In this document: one piece after another, positions 10,107 through 19,600 of the stretch | Numbering within the stretch: position 1 is the first letter of the stretch | Layout of the letters: each line of letters begins with the position of its first letter | NCBI GenBank assembly: GCA_039028615.1 | Contig: JBCCHT010000025.1 | Location: forward strand, 96,001-160,000 | From: Myxococcota bacterium | GTDB lineage: Bacteria > Myxococcota_A > Polyangia > Nannocystales > Nannocystaceae | Direction of reading: 5' to 3' | Length of the DNA: 64,000 nt | The notes under the pieces: model-generated | What the model saw: only the letters and a program-made list of their open reading frames with translations | What the model was told of the DNA's origin: nothing | The model's database searches: none | Made by a program: the position numbers and the translations under genes

Positions 10107-10779
10107 GGCCCGCGCGGAGCTGGCTCGCCTGTGGGCCTTTCGGTGTCAGAGCGAGCACGAAGCCCGGGCCCGTTTCGCGTGGCTCGAGCCTCGACTGGCC
10201 AAGCACGATGCACCGAAGTCCGTGGTCGACACGGCCACCCGCGCGGTCGAGGACGAGGCCCGTCATCGTGGATCGTGCGAGACCATGGCGAAGCGCTTCG
10301 GACACCAAGGCCCCACGCATCGCGCCCACGGCCTGCCGCAGTGGGGACCCACCGAACTCACCGAGCGCCAACGGACGCTGTACACCGCGGTCACCATGGG
10401 CTGCGTGATCGAATCCATGAACGTGACGCTGCTGGGCGAGACGCTACGCGTGGCCCAGGACGAACAAACGCTGCGGGTGGTCCGCGAGATCATGCGCGAC
10501 GAGGTCCAGCACGCGCGCCTGGGCTGGGCGTACCTGGCCGCGGTGGCCGACGACGCCGATTTCCTCGGGCCGCTGCTGCCTCGCATCCTGGCCGCGGCCG
10601 CGGGCTCCGAGCTGTCGGAAGAGGCGCCGGAGTACCTCGCCGTGCCCAGCCATGGCCTGTTGCCCGCGAACGAGCTTCGACGGCTGTTCTACGTCACGCT
10701 GCAAGACGTCGTGCTGCCGGGGCTGTCGCTGCACGGCATCGATGTGAGCGCGGCCGAGCGCTGGCGCCGAAGCAACTGA
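10096..10779 (+). CDS. Ferritin-like diiron-carboxylate domain protein
   Basis: SEHEA, EDEARH, GCVIES, RDEVQH (two ExxH motifs). Confidence 0.85.
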   Translation: MEAEARAELARLWAFRCQSEHEARARFAWLEPRLAKHDAPKSVVDTATRAVEDEARHRGSCETMAKRFGHQGPTHRAHGLPQWGPTELTERQRTLYTAVTMGCVIESMNVTLLGETLRVAQDEQTLRVVREIMRDEVQHARLGWAYLAAVADDADFLGPLLPRILAAAAGSELSEEAPEYLAVPSHGLLPANELRRLFYVTLQDVVLPGLSLHGIDVSAAERWRRSN

Positions 10780-10834
10780 GGGCCTGCCGACCCCAAAAAG
10801 GGGGGTCGCGGCCCCCATGGAATGACGAATAACG

Positions 10835-10852
10835 TTCCGAAATTTATCGGAA
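10835..10852. promoter_or_regulatory. Palindromic operator-like site upstream of the M23 operon
   Basis: TTCCGA-AATTTA-TCGGAA inverted repeat in an AT-rich intergenic patch. Confidence 0.4.
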
Positions 10853-10922
10853 AAATCGTCCGAGCGACGCAACGATCGCGACACGAGGTCGACAAGGGAG
10901 GTCGAGGCTGCCCGGACGACCC

Positions 10923-11612
10923 ATGTATACGCTGCGCGACTCTCCGTACACCTATCAGGCATGCCACGCCGCCGACGTTCGGCGCCCCCGCATGTCGTAC
11001 CGCTCGCTCGACCCGCGGTGGGCGGTCAGCCTCGCCCGGTCCATGTGTCGCGACGACGACAACCGGCTGGCCATCGAGTCCCTCGTCAAAGATGCCGTCG
11101 GCCATGTCGGCCGCGGTGCCGACCTGCACGAGCGCTTCTCCGAGCTCGTCATCTGTGGCCGCATCGTCCTCAACGAGGTCATGCCGCCCGACGTCTACCC
11201 CCTGTCCGATCCCGCGTTCGAGCCCCCCGTTCCCCTCGTCGAGCTCGACCCCGTAGAGCCTGAGCAGAGCCCCCGCACGTGGTTGTCCATCGAGCTGGTG
11301 CACAGCGCGGGGCTGTGCACCGAGACGGTCGAGCTCGAAGTCCTCACCGCAGATGGTCGCGAGGTCTACGGCCGCATCGACGCCCGGGGCACCTGGCGCA
11401 GCGAGGACATCGACCCCGGTACCTGCACCGTGCGCCTGCTCGAGCACCCCGTGCTCGCCCGTCAGCCCCGGTCGCTCCCGCGGACCCAGCTGCCCCGCGA
11501 GGGTGAAATCGCCTGGGTCGCCGGGTCCGAGCCGCGCCTGGACCTGCGCACCGCGGCGCACCATCGCATCGTCATCATGCAGCCGCCGCAGCACTACTGC
11601 CTGTCGGCGTGA
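10923..11612 (+). CDS. Hypothetical protein with C-terminal beta-sandwich (transthyretin/carboxypeptidase-regulatory-like) segment
   Basis: WLSIELV...GRIDARG...IDPGTCTVRL pattern; first gene of an apparent operon. Confidence 0.65.
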   Translation: MYTLRDSPYTYQACHAADVRRPRMSYRSLDPRWAVSLARSMCRDDDNRLAIESLVKDAVGHVGRGADLHERFSELVICGRIVLNEVMPPDVYPLSDPAFEPPVPLVELDPVEPEQSPRTWLSIELVHSAGLCTETVELEVLTADGREVYGRIDARGTWRSEDIDPGTCTVRLLEHPVLARQPRSLPRTQLPREGEIAWVAGSEPRLDLRTAAHHRIVIMQPPQHYCLSA

Positions 11613-11660
11613 GCCGCCCCGCTCCTTCGCCTCGCGTTGATACCCTCGGTTCGGCCTCCC

Positions 11661-13040
11661 ATGGTCTCCCTTCTCCCCCGCTGCGTCGCTCGGCCCACCG
11701 TGGCCGGCCTTGTCCTCACCGTGATGGCAGCCGCCGGGTGCACCAGCGCGAACCCGCCGAGCCCTGCCGAGCAGGCCGACCCCGATCCCTCGGGCGCGCC
11801 CCCTCCCCACCCCACCGGGCTCGACATGGACTTCGCCTCGTGGGCCTCCGTGCGCATCGATGGCGAGACCGTCGCGAGCCGCTCCGACGTCTTCGTCCCC
11901 GTCGACCCCGGGCCCCATACCGTCACCGTCGAGACCTCGTGTCAGAAGGTCGAGTTCGAGGTCGATGCTCCCGCCCGTCGGCGCACCCGCATCGGCCTCG
12001 ACCACGCCACCGCGCTGCGCACCGCCACGCTCGAGCTCGAGGTCGCCGGGCCCGAGGGTAAATTGGCGCCCTACCGCGTCCTCCTCGGTGACCGGCAGAT
12101 CGGTGAGACCACGGGTTTTTTCAAGGTCTTGCTGCCCGCGTGCACGAGCCACATCGTCGTCGCCAGCGAGGGCTTCGGGCGCTTCATCGAGGACATCGAC
12201 TTCAGCGCCGACGCCACGCAGCGTCGCACCATCACCCTGGCGCCTGGCCCCGACATGGTGCGCATCGCGGGCGGTGCCTTCACCCCCGGTATGCCGGCCG
12301 ACCTCGAGGTGGAGTGCTACGACCAGCCGCCTCCCCGCCGCCAAGTCGAGGTCCCTGCCTTCGACCTCGACCGCACCGAGGTCACCGCCGCGCAGTGGAT
12401 GGCCTGCCGCGACGCAGGCGGCTGCCAGCCCGACCGCACCAAAGACGGCGTCACGAAGCCCGCCCTGGGGGCCGACGCCAAGGCCTGCAACGTCGTCATT
12501 CGGCCCGGCCGCGCCACGCTCGTCACCGGGCGCGAGGCGTACCCCATGAACTGCATCTCCCAATGGGAGGCCGAGGCCTACTGCGAGTGGGCGGGCAAGC
12601 GGCTGCCCACCGACCTCGAGTGGGAGTTCGCCGCTCGCAGCCGCAACAGCGAGGCCGTGTTCCCCTGGGGCACCGACGACTCGGCCTGCAACAACGCCCC
12701 GCTCGATCCCCAGGTCGCCTGCCAATTCGACGAGGGTGCACTCGCGCCTCCCTGCTCGTTCGCCAAGACGAATACCGAGCAAGGGGTCTGCGACATGGCG
12801 GGCAGCCTCTCCGAGCTCACCCGCTACGCCGAGTTCCCCGGCCGCGACGACACCGAGAAAAAGCGCGAGCTCGAGCGGCTCTTCGGCGCCAGCCACCGCA
12901 GCACCCAGTACACCATGGGCACCAGCTGGGGCAGCGTGAGCGTGTGCGACCAGTTCATCAACGGCCAGTGGAGCACGTGGCACCGTGCGCCGCGCGAAGG
13001 CTTCCGTTGTGCCCGTAGCGTAGACACCTCGACCCCCTAA
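11661..13040 (+). CDS. Lipoprotein with PEGA-like region and FGE-sulfatase (SUMF1) domain
   Basis: Lipobox AAGC; DRTEVT, YCEWAGKRLPTDLEWEFAAR, FPWG, DMAGSLSE, GFRCAR. Confidence 0.88.
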   Translation: MVSLLPRCVARPTVAGLVLTVMAAAGCTSANPPSPAEQADPDPSGAPPPHPTGLDMDFASWASVRIDGETVASRSDVFVPVDPGPHTVTVETSCQKVEFEVDAPARRRTRIGLDHATALRTATLELEVAGPEGKLAPYRVLLGDRQIGETTGFFKVLLPACTSHIVVASEGFGRFIEDIDFSADATQRRTITLAPGPDMVRIAGGAFTPGMPADLEVECYDQPPPRRQVEVPAFDLDRTEVTAAQWMACRDAGGCQPDRTKDGVTKPALGADAKACNVVIRPGRATLVTGREAYPMNCISQWEAEAYCEWAGKRLPTDLEWEFAARSRNSEAVFPWGTDDSACNNAPLDPQVACQFDEGALAPPCSFAKTNTEQGVCDMAGSLSELTRYAEFPGRDDTEKKRELERLFGASHRSTQYTMGTSWGSVSVCDQFINGQWSTWHRAPREGFRCARSVDTSTP

Positions 13041-13128
13041 GACGCCTCCTTCATCGCCCTCGCCCCATTGGCCATCGCTCGCTCCGAGCCGATGGGAGGG
13101 GCCCTCGTACCCGCGAAGCGTTGCGACC

Positions 13129-16100
13129 ATGACCATCTACCGTAATCCCGTCGACGGGGCCAACATCCCCAAACGCCTCCCCTGCATCGATCTCGACCCC
13201 GAGACGGGCAAGCGCATCGGCAACGCGTGCAAGGCCAAGTGGGATGTGTACGAGGGCTCCTCGTTCAACTGTCCCAATCGCAGCGGCAGCGGGCGTTGCT
13301 CCAAGGCCGCCTTCCTCTACCCTCGCAAGCGTCGGAGCAACGGCAAGGACTTCCACTTTCACCAGGGCGTGGACATCGGCCGCACCATGGGCTTGCCCAT
13401 CCGCTCGGTCACCGCGGGCAAGGTCCTCGTCGCCATCGACAAGTGGGAGGGCAGCTGGAGTCACTACGGGCGCATCATCGTCATCGAGTCGAGCACCACG
13501 CCCTACTACTTCCTCTACGCCCACTGTGACACCGTGCTGGTGTCCAAGGGCGACATCGTCAAAGAGCGCCAGAAGATCGGCACCGTCGGCAATACCTTCT
13601 TCAGCAAGAAGTACCCCACGGGCACGTTCAGCTCCGCGCCGCACCTTCACTTCGAAGTGCTGGCGAGCATGAAGTCGAGCTACCTGCGTCGCGAGACGCA
13701 GCTCGGCGAAGACCTCACCCGCGAAGGCGGCAGCGACCAACCCCGGCTCGACCCGCGCTACATCCTCGAGCAGCTCGGCCCCTGGGGCATGAGCGCGGTG
13801 CACGTGCCCACGGGCGGCATGCTCGACCGCGAGCGCGCCGACCTGCTGCACGAGACCATCGAGTCCTCGCCCCACGGCGGCTTCTTTCCCTTCGGCGCGC
13901 ACAACCACTGGCACGGCGGTGTGCACCTGCCGGCCCCGCGCGGCAGCAAGATCGTCGCGCCCTTCGACGCCACCATCGTGGCCGCGCGGCTCGACCCCGA
14001 CCCCGCCACCGCGGTCACGCCCGACGGCAGCACCAACTTCATCCTGCTGCGCCACCAGATCCCCGAGCCCTTCTACGCCCAGTTCCAAGGCGACGCCCCC
14101 ACCGAAGATCCCAAGAAGCCCGGCGGCGCCGCCAAGGAAAAAGACCGCGCGGTGGGCCTCAAGACGCGCTGCGCCAACCTCCCCGACGACGTCCTGGTGG
14201 TCAAGCAACGGCTGCACGACAAGGGCTACTACAAGCCCAGCAAAGAGGCGCACCTCGTCGACCCCTCGCCGGGCTCCACCCTCAAGAAGGCGATCACGGC
14301 GTTCCAAGAGGCCGAGGTCGACGGCATCAAGCCCGATGGCGTCATCGACATCCCGGGCGGCAGCTGGACCGCGCTGCACGACGGCGCGCCGCCCGAGGAT
14401 CCCGAGCCCTCCGAAGAGCCCGAGCCCCAGCCCGACACCCCCACCGACCCCACGCGCGTCGTGTACTCGCTCATCATGCACCTCGACGCGGTGACCATCG
14501 ACGCCAAGCTGGCCAAGACCATCGAGTGGCTCAAAGAGGTCGAGATGGAGACGGATCCGTCCGTCCCCGACCCGGAGGAAGAAGAGGCCAAGAAGGCCAA
14601 AAAGGAGCACGAAGAAGACGTCGCCGAGGCCGAGCACACGCTGTCGGGGGCCGTGGGTGCGCCCAACAAAGACGGCGAAGAAGCGGCGAACGAGCCCGAC
14701 GACGTGACGTGGGTGCAAAAACGCCTCACGCGCTTCGAGTACTTCCACGGCGAGATCGACGGAGTGTGCGACGAGGCGCTCGTGCAGGCGATCCGCGACC
14801 TGCAAAACGACCACCACAACGCGTTCAAGAACGACGACAGCGGTGACGGCCGCGTCGACACCAACGGCGGCACGGTGGGCCTGCTGCGCCAGACCAAGAG
14901 CCAGCTGTTCGGCGGAGGCGGGGGCGGAGGCGGCTCGGTCGACCCGGTGTTCGTGCACCGCACGGCCATCCGCAACGAGCACGGCACGGCGCAGGTCATC
15001 ACCGGGCTCGACATCAAGGTCAGCAGCGGCGACGCCCTGTGGCTGTCCGGGCAGGGGGCGGGCTACAACGCCGACGGCACGGGCACCACGCTGGTCGACC
15101 AGGTCCACTGGGAGATCTTCTCCGAGCACCGCATCGACACCGACTGGGAGGAGCCCATCGACGACGACACGGACGACGTCACCGTCGATGCCGTCGACAA
15201 ACTGCTCGAGTTCATCGAAGAGGGCTCCCCCGAGCTCGAGCAGGACGGCATCCTCACCCCCGACGAGGTTCGGCGCTTCTACGCCAGCGGCCGCGGCGAG
15301 TTCCTGCGCTGGACCCCGTGCCGCTTCGTCAACCAGTGGTCCGTCGACGTCAGCGCAGCGGTGAAGAAGCTCGAAGAAAAGGGCTTCGACACCGACGGCC
15401 TGCCCGAGCGCATGTGGCCGTTCATGTGGTGGAACGACGCCGCCGACGAGCTGCCTTCGAACCGCTTCGTCTGGCACTACAACCCCGTCGAGTTCCTCGC
15501 CCGCTACTCCGAGTTCCTCGCCGCGGCTGGTCCCCCCGAGGACATCGACCCCAAGACGCACCCCACGCTGCGGGTCCGGGTGCTCTTCGACAACCACATG
15601 CCCATGCCCAACGTGGAGGTCGAGCTGCTCTACGGCATCCACGTCAAGCGCACCGTGTTCACCAACGACATGGGCATCGCCCGCTTCCCCGGGGTGGCCG
15701 TGGGCGAGTACGGCGTGCGCGTGGTCGAGCCCGCCCTGGCCCCCGTGGCCGTCGAGCTCAAGCCCGACGAGACCACCGAGATCGACATCGTCACCGACGA
15801 GCCCGGCCCGCCGCCGCCGCGGGGCTCCATCCAGGTCATCGTCCGCAAGCACACCAAGACCATCGCCGGCGACGACATCGAGGTCTGGCTCACCCACCCC
15901 GCGCACGGCCCCATCACCATGGACTTCACCAGCAAGGGCAAGGTGTGGTTCGAGAACATCCTGCAGGGGGAGTACGGCCTCGAGGTCGGCACCGCCGATC
16001 CGGTCGAGATCACCCTCGACAAGAAGAAAAAGAACATCACCGTGGTGCTACCGCCCCCTCCGGGCACGCTGCGGCTCGAGGTCGAGATCGACAAGGCCCC

Positions 16101-16563
16101 GGGGGCACGCCAGACGGTCACCATCACCAAGGACGGCAAAGACCTGGCCAACAAGGAGACCGGCGAAGACGGCGTGGTGGAGTTCGAGCTGCTCGAGGGG
16201 CGCTACAAGGCCTTCATCGGCAAGAACAAGAAGAGCGTCCGGGTCAACGGCCACGAGACGATGAAGTACAAGTGGAAGCTGTCCGCCAAGGACGCGCCCG
16301 AGCCCGCGCCCGAGGAAGAAGAGGGGCGCCTGTCGGTCATCCTGCGGAACTACTACGACGGGGAGCCCGTGACGCCCGCGGTGGTGTTCGTGACCAACAT
16401 GCTCGGAAGCAGCCCCGAGGTGCAGCAGGTCGACTACGACGGGGTGGCCACCTTCGAGCTGCCGCCGGGTGAGTACTTCATCGAGGCGGAAGGGGCGAGC
16501 GCATCGGCGGGGGTCGGCGCGTGGTCGACCACCTGGGTCGAGCTCGAAGTGGACTACGACTAA
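13129..16563 (+). CDS. M23 peptidase with peptidoglycan-binding domains and C-terminal beta-sandwich repeats (putative antibacterial effector)
   Basis: HQGVD, YAH and PHLHFE M23 motifs; second degenerate M23-like WHGGVH; two DVxxVxxRL...G PG-binding domains; no signal peptide. Confidence 0.85.
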   Translation: MTIYRNPVDGANIPKRLPCIDLDPETGKRIGNACKAKWDVYEGSSFNCPNRSGSGRCSKAAFLYPRKRRSNGKDFHFHQGVDIGRTMGLPIRSVTAGKVLVAIDKWEGSWSHYGRIIVIESSTTPYYFLYAHCDTVLVSKGDIVKERQKIGTVGNTFFSKKYPTGTFSSAPHLHFEVLASMKSSYLRRETQLGEDLTREGGSDQPRLDPRYILEQLGPWGMSAVHVPTGGMLDRERADLLHETIESSPHGGFFPFGAHNHWHGGVHLPAPRGSKIVAPFDATIVAARLDPDPATAVTPDGSTNFILLRHQIPEPFYAQFQGDAPTEDPKKPGGAAKEKDRAVGLKTRCANLPDDVLVVKQRLHDKGYYKPSKEAHLVDPSPGSTLKKAITAFQEAEVDGIKPDGVIDIPGGSWTALHDGAPPEDPEPSEEPEPQPDTPTDPTRVVYSLIMHLDAVTIDAKLAKTIEWLKEVEMETDPSVPDPEEEEAKKAKKEHEEDVAEAEHTLSGAVGAPNKDGEEAANEPDDVTWVQKRLTRFEYFHGEIDGVCDEALVQAIRDLQNDHHNAFKNDDSGDGRVDTNGGTVGLLRQTKSQLFGGGGGGGGSVDPVFVHRTAIRNEHGTAQVITGLDIKVSSGDALWLSGQGAGYNADGTGTTLVDQVHWEIFSEHRIDTDWEEPIDDDTDDVTVDAVDKLLEFIEEGSPELEQDGILTPDEVRRFYASGRGEFLRWTPCRFVNQWSVDVSAAVKKLEEKGFDTDGLPERMWPFMWWNDAADELPSNRFVWHYNPVEFLARYSEFLAAAGPPEDIDPKTHPTLRVRVLFDNHMPMPNVEVELLYGIHVKRTVFTNDMGIARFPGVAVGEYGVRVVEPALAPVAVELKPDETTEIDIVTDEPGPPPPRGSIQVIVRKHTKTIAGDDIEVWLTHPAHGPITMDFTSKGKVWFENILQGEYGLEVGTADPVEITLDKKKKNITVVLPPPPGTLRLEVEIDKAPGARQTVTITKDGKDLANKETGEDGVVEFELLEGRYKAFIGKNKKSVRVNGHETMKYKWKLSAKDAPEPAPEEEEGRLSVILRNYYDGEPVTPAVVFVTNMLGSSPEVQQVDYDGVATFELPPGEYFIEAEGASASAGVGAWSTTWVELEVDYD

Positions 16564-16569
16564 AACGAC

Positions 16570-16597
16570 CGGTGGCGGCCCATCGAGGCCGCCACCG
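16570..16597. terminator. Hairpin between convergent genes
   Basis: 11-bp stem CGGTGGCGGCC/GGCCGCCACCG just after stop 16563. Confidence 0.6.
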
Positions 16598-16669
16598 CCG
16601 ATCTCGCGAACGAGACTCGACACGCTTCCGCTCCCACCAGCCCAAGGCCGGGGGAGCGGCAGCGCCAGT

Positions 16670-19600
16670 TCACCGCGTACGGCGTCGACGGCCGCGGCGG
16701 AGCAGCAGCATGCCCATCAGCAGCAGGAAGGCGCGCGGGCCTCCGCTGCTGTTGCCGGTCTTGCAGCTGTTGCAGCCCTCGTCCACCGCGGAGGCGTTGG
16801 GCGAGGAGTCCCCGGTGGAGCCGGTCGCCCCGTCGTCCGAGCCGCTGCCCGTGTCGGTGCCGCTGCCCGTGCCTTCGGTGTCGCTGCCCGCGGTGGTGTC
16901 CGCGGGCGACTCGGTGTCGGACCCGGTGCCGTCGGGGGTGTCGGTGGTGCCGTCCGACTCGCCACGGCTGGTGGAGCCGCCTTCGTCGGTCGAGCCGCCT
17001 TCGTCGGTCGAGCCGCCTTCGCTGCTGCCCGACTCGCCCCCATCCGTGGTTCCCGAGCTGCTCGACTCCCCACCATCGGTGGTTCCCGAGCTGCTCGACT
17101 CGCCACCGTCCGTGGTCCCCGAACTGCTCTCGCCGCCCGTGGTCCCCGAGCTGCTCGACTCGCCACCGTCCGTGGTCCCCGAGCTGCTCGACTCGCCGCC
17201 ATCCGTGGTGCCCGAGCTCCCCGAGCTCCCCATCATCCCTTCGACGGTGAACTCGTGGTAGTCGACGTCGGGCGCATCCAGCGGGTGCGTCTGGGCCAGC
17301 TGCGCGACCGTCGAGTCGACGGCCTCGATGTAGTAGTCCACGCCGGGCGGCAGCACGAACGCGGCATCGATCTCCGCCTCGTGGGTGTCGCCGACGGTCT
17401 GCGGCATGTCGACGCTCGTCCACATCCCCATGCCGGAGGTGCGGTAGTAGAGCGTCACGCTGGTCAGCCCGGTGGCGTCGGTGATGTCGGCGGTGACCGT
17501 CACCCCGAAGCCCTCCTCCTGACCGTCCACGATCGGGGTGTGGACGATGACGGGCGGGTCGACGTCGATGGGTCCGACGTCGAAGTCGTAGAGGACACCG
17601 GGTGCACCGAGCGGCGCGAAGCCGGTGTTGGAGCCGCCAAACGCGAGGTCGGTGGCCTGGATGTAGTACTCGACGGCCGGCAGGGCGACCGCGCCCCCGG
17701 GAATCGTGCCCGAGTAGAGACCGCCGCCCACCAGGGGCATGGCGGCCGCCACGAAGGGCCCACCACCCGCGGTGCGGTAGTACAGCAGCACCGAGTCGAC
17801 ACCGGAGGGATCGGCCACGGTGGCCTCGATCGTCACTGGCATCCCCTCGAGCTGACCGTCGGTGATCTCCACGTGGCTGATCGCCGGGGGATCGACGTCC
17901 TGGTCGATGACCTCGACGTTGTGCCAGGTCGCCGGAGCGGTGCCCGGGTCCCACGACTGGTTACCCAGGGTGTCCTGAGCCGAGATGTAGTAGTCGACCC
18001 CGGGCGCCACGACAGAGGGAATCTCCGCCGACCACAGGCCCGCGCCGAAGTTGGTCATCGCGATCTCGGTGAAGACCCCGGCGCCCTCGTCTCGCCACCA
18101 GACCGAGGCACTATCGACCCCGGCCCCGTCGTTGAGCGTGGCCTGCACGACCACGTTCGAGCCGCTGAGCACGGGGCCCATCACCGGCGTATGCGCGATG
18201 GTGGGACCGGCCGTGTCGTTGGTGTCGACCGTGAAGGACAGCGGGGCGCCTGCCCCACCGGCCGGCGCAACGCCGACGTTGGCGGCCGGCGACGCGTCGG
18301 TCGCCAGCACGTAGTACTCCATCAACGGAACCTCGACGTCCCCGGCGGGGATCGTCGCCTCCCAGTTGTCGCCCACCGTGTTCGCGAAGGGCACGGGGCT
18401 GAAGTTGCCGCCCTGCACGCGATAGAAGAGCGTCGCGCTGGCGACCCCGCTCGGGTCGGTGATCGAGGCATCGACGGTGACCGCGACCCCCTCGAGCTGG
18501 CCGTTGGGGACCGGCGCGATCAGGATCGTCGGCGGGTCGACATCGGGCGGCGGGATCACGGTCACGGTGGTGACCGCGGAGGTTCCCGTGTTGAGGTTCC
18601 CGTCCACCGCCTCGGCGTAGATGTCCATCGACGGCGCCACCATGGCCGCACCGGGGATCACCGCGGTGTAGGGCCCGGCCCCCACCGCGGGGACGGAGGC
18701 GTACACGGCCTCGGCCGTCTCTTTGTAGTAGACGGCGACCGAGGTGATCCCGGATTCGGCGTCCGTGGCGTTGATGGTGACCAGCAGGTCGTCGCCCTCC
18801 ACGTGAGGCTCGGCGATCGGCTCGAGGGTCACGACCGGCGCGGTCGTATCGGGATAGATGACCGTGACCGGGTAGTCGGTCGCCGGAGCGCCGACCGGCA
18901 GCACGGACATGTTCCCCAGGCTATCGCTGACGTCGATGTAGTACCCGACGATCACCGTGCCGTCGGGGATCGAGCCCGCCGGAACCGTAGCCTGGTAGTC
19001 GTTCCCGCCGATGTTGGCCATCGGCGCGTCCGCGTACCCGCCACCATCGAGTCGCCACCGCACCACCGCGGTGTCGATCGGCGAGGCGTCGGTGAGCGTG
19101 GCCACCACCACCAGCGGATCGCCGAAGTCCAGCTCGGTGATCGCGGTGTGGGTGATGATCGGCCCCGTCATGTCCGCGGCGATCACGGTGAAGGTGTGCC
19201 AGCTGCTGAACGGGTCGGTGGACACGTTGGCCCCCGGCGACCCGTCGACCGCCTCGATGAAGTAGTCCACCCCCGCCGTGGTGACCGACGCCTCGGGGAT
19301 GCTGGACGTGTAGACGTCCCCGGCCCCCGCGACCATGGCCACGATGGTGAAGGTGGGTGCCCCCGCGATGCGGTAGTGCAGGTTCGCGGCCGTCACCCCG
19401 GAGGGGTCGACGATCGTGGCGCTGATCGGCACCGCCATGCCCTCGGTCTGGCCGTTGGGCACCTCGGTATGGACGATGGACGGGCCATCACCATCGACGG
19501 CGCCCACCGTGAACGAGTGGAACGAGCCCGGGGCCCCCACCGGATCGGAGGAGGAGTTGCCGAGCGTATCGTTGGCCTGGATGTAGTAGTCCACGCCCGG

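Noticed and set aside
16970..17220. ~33-bp repeats as a CRISPR array
   Set aside because: No unique spacers, in-frame coding linker, no cas genes
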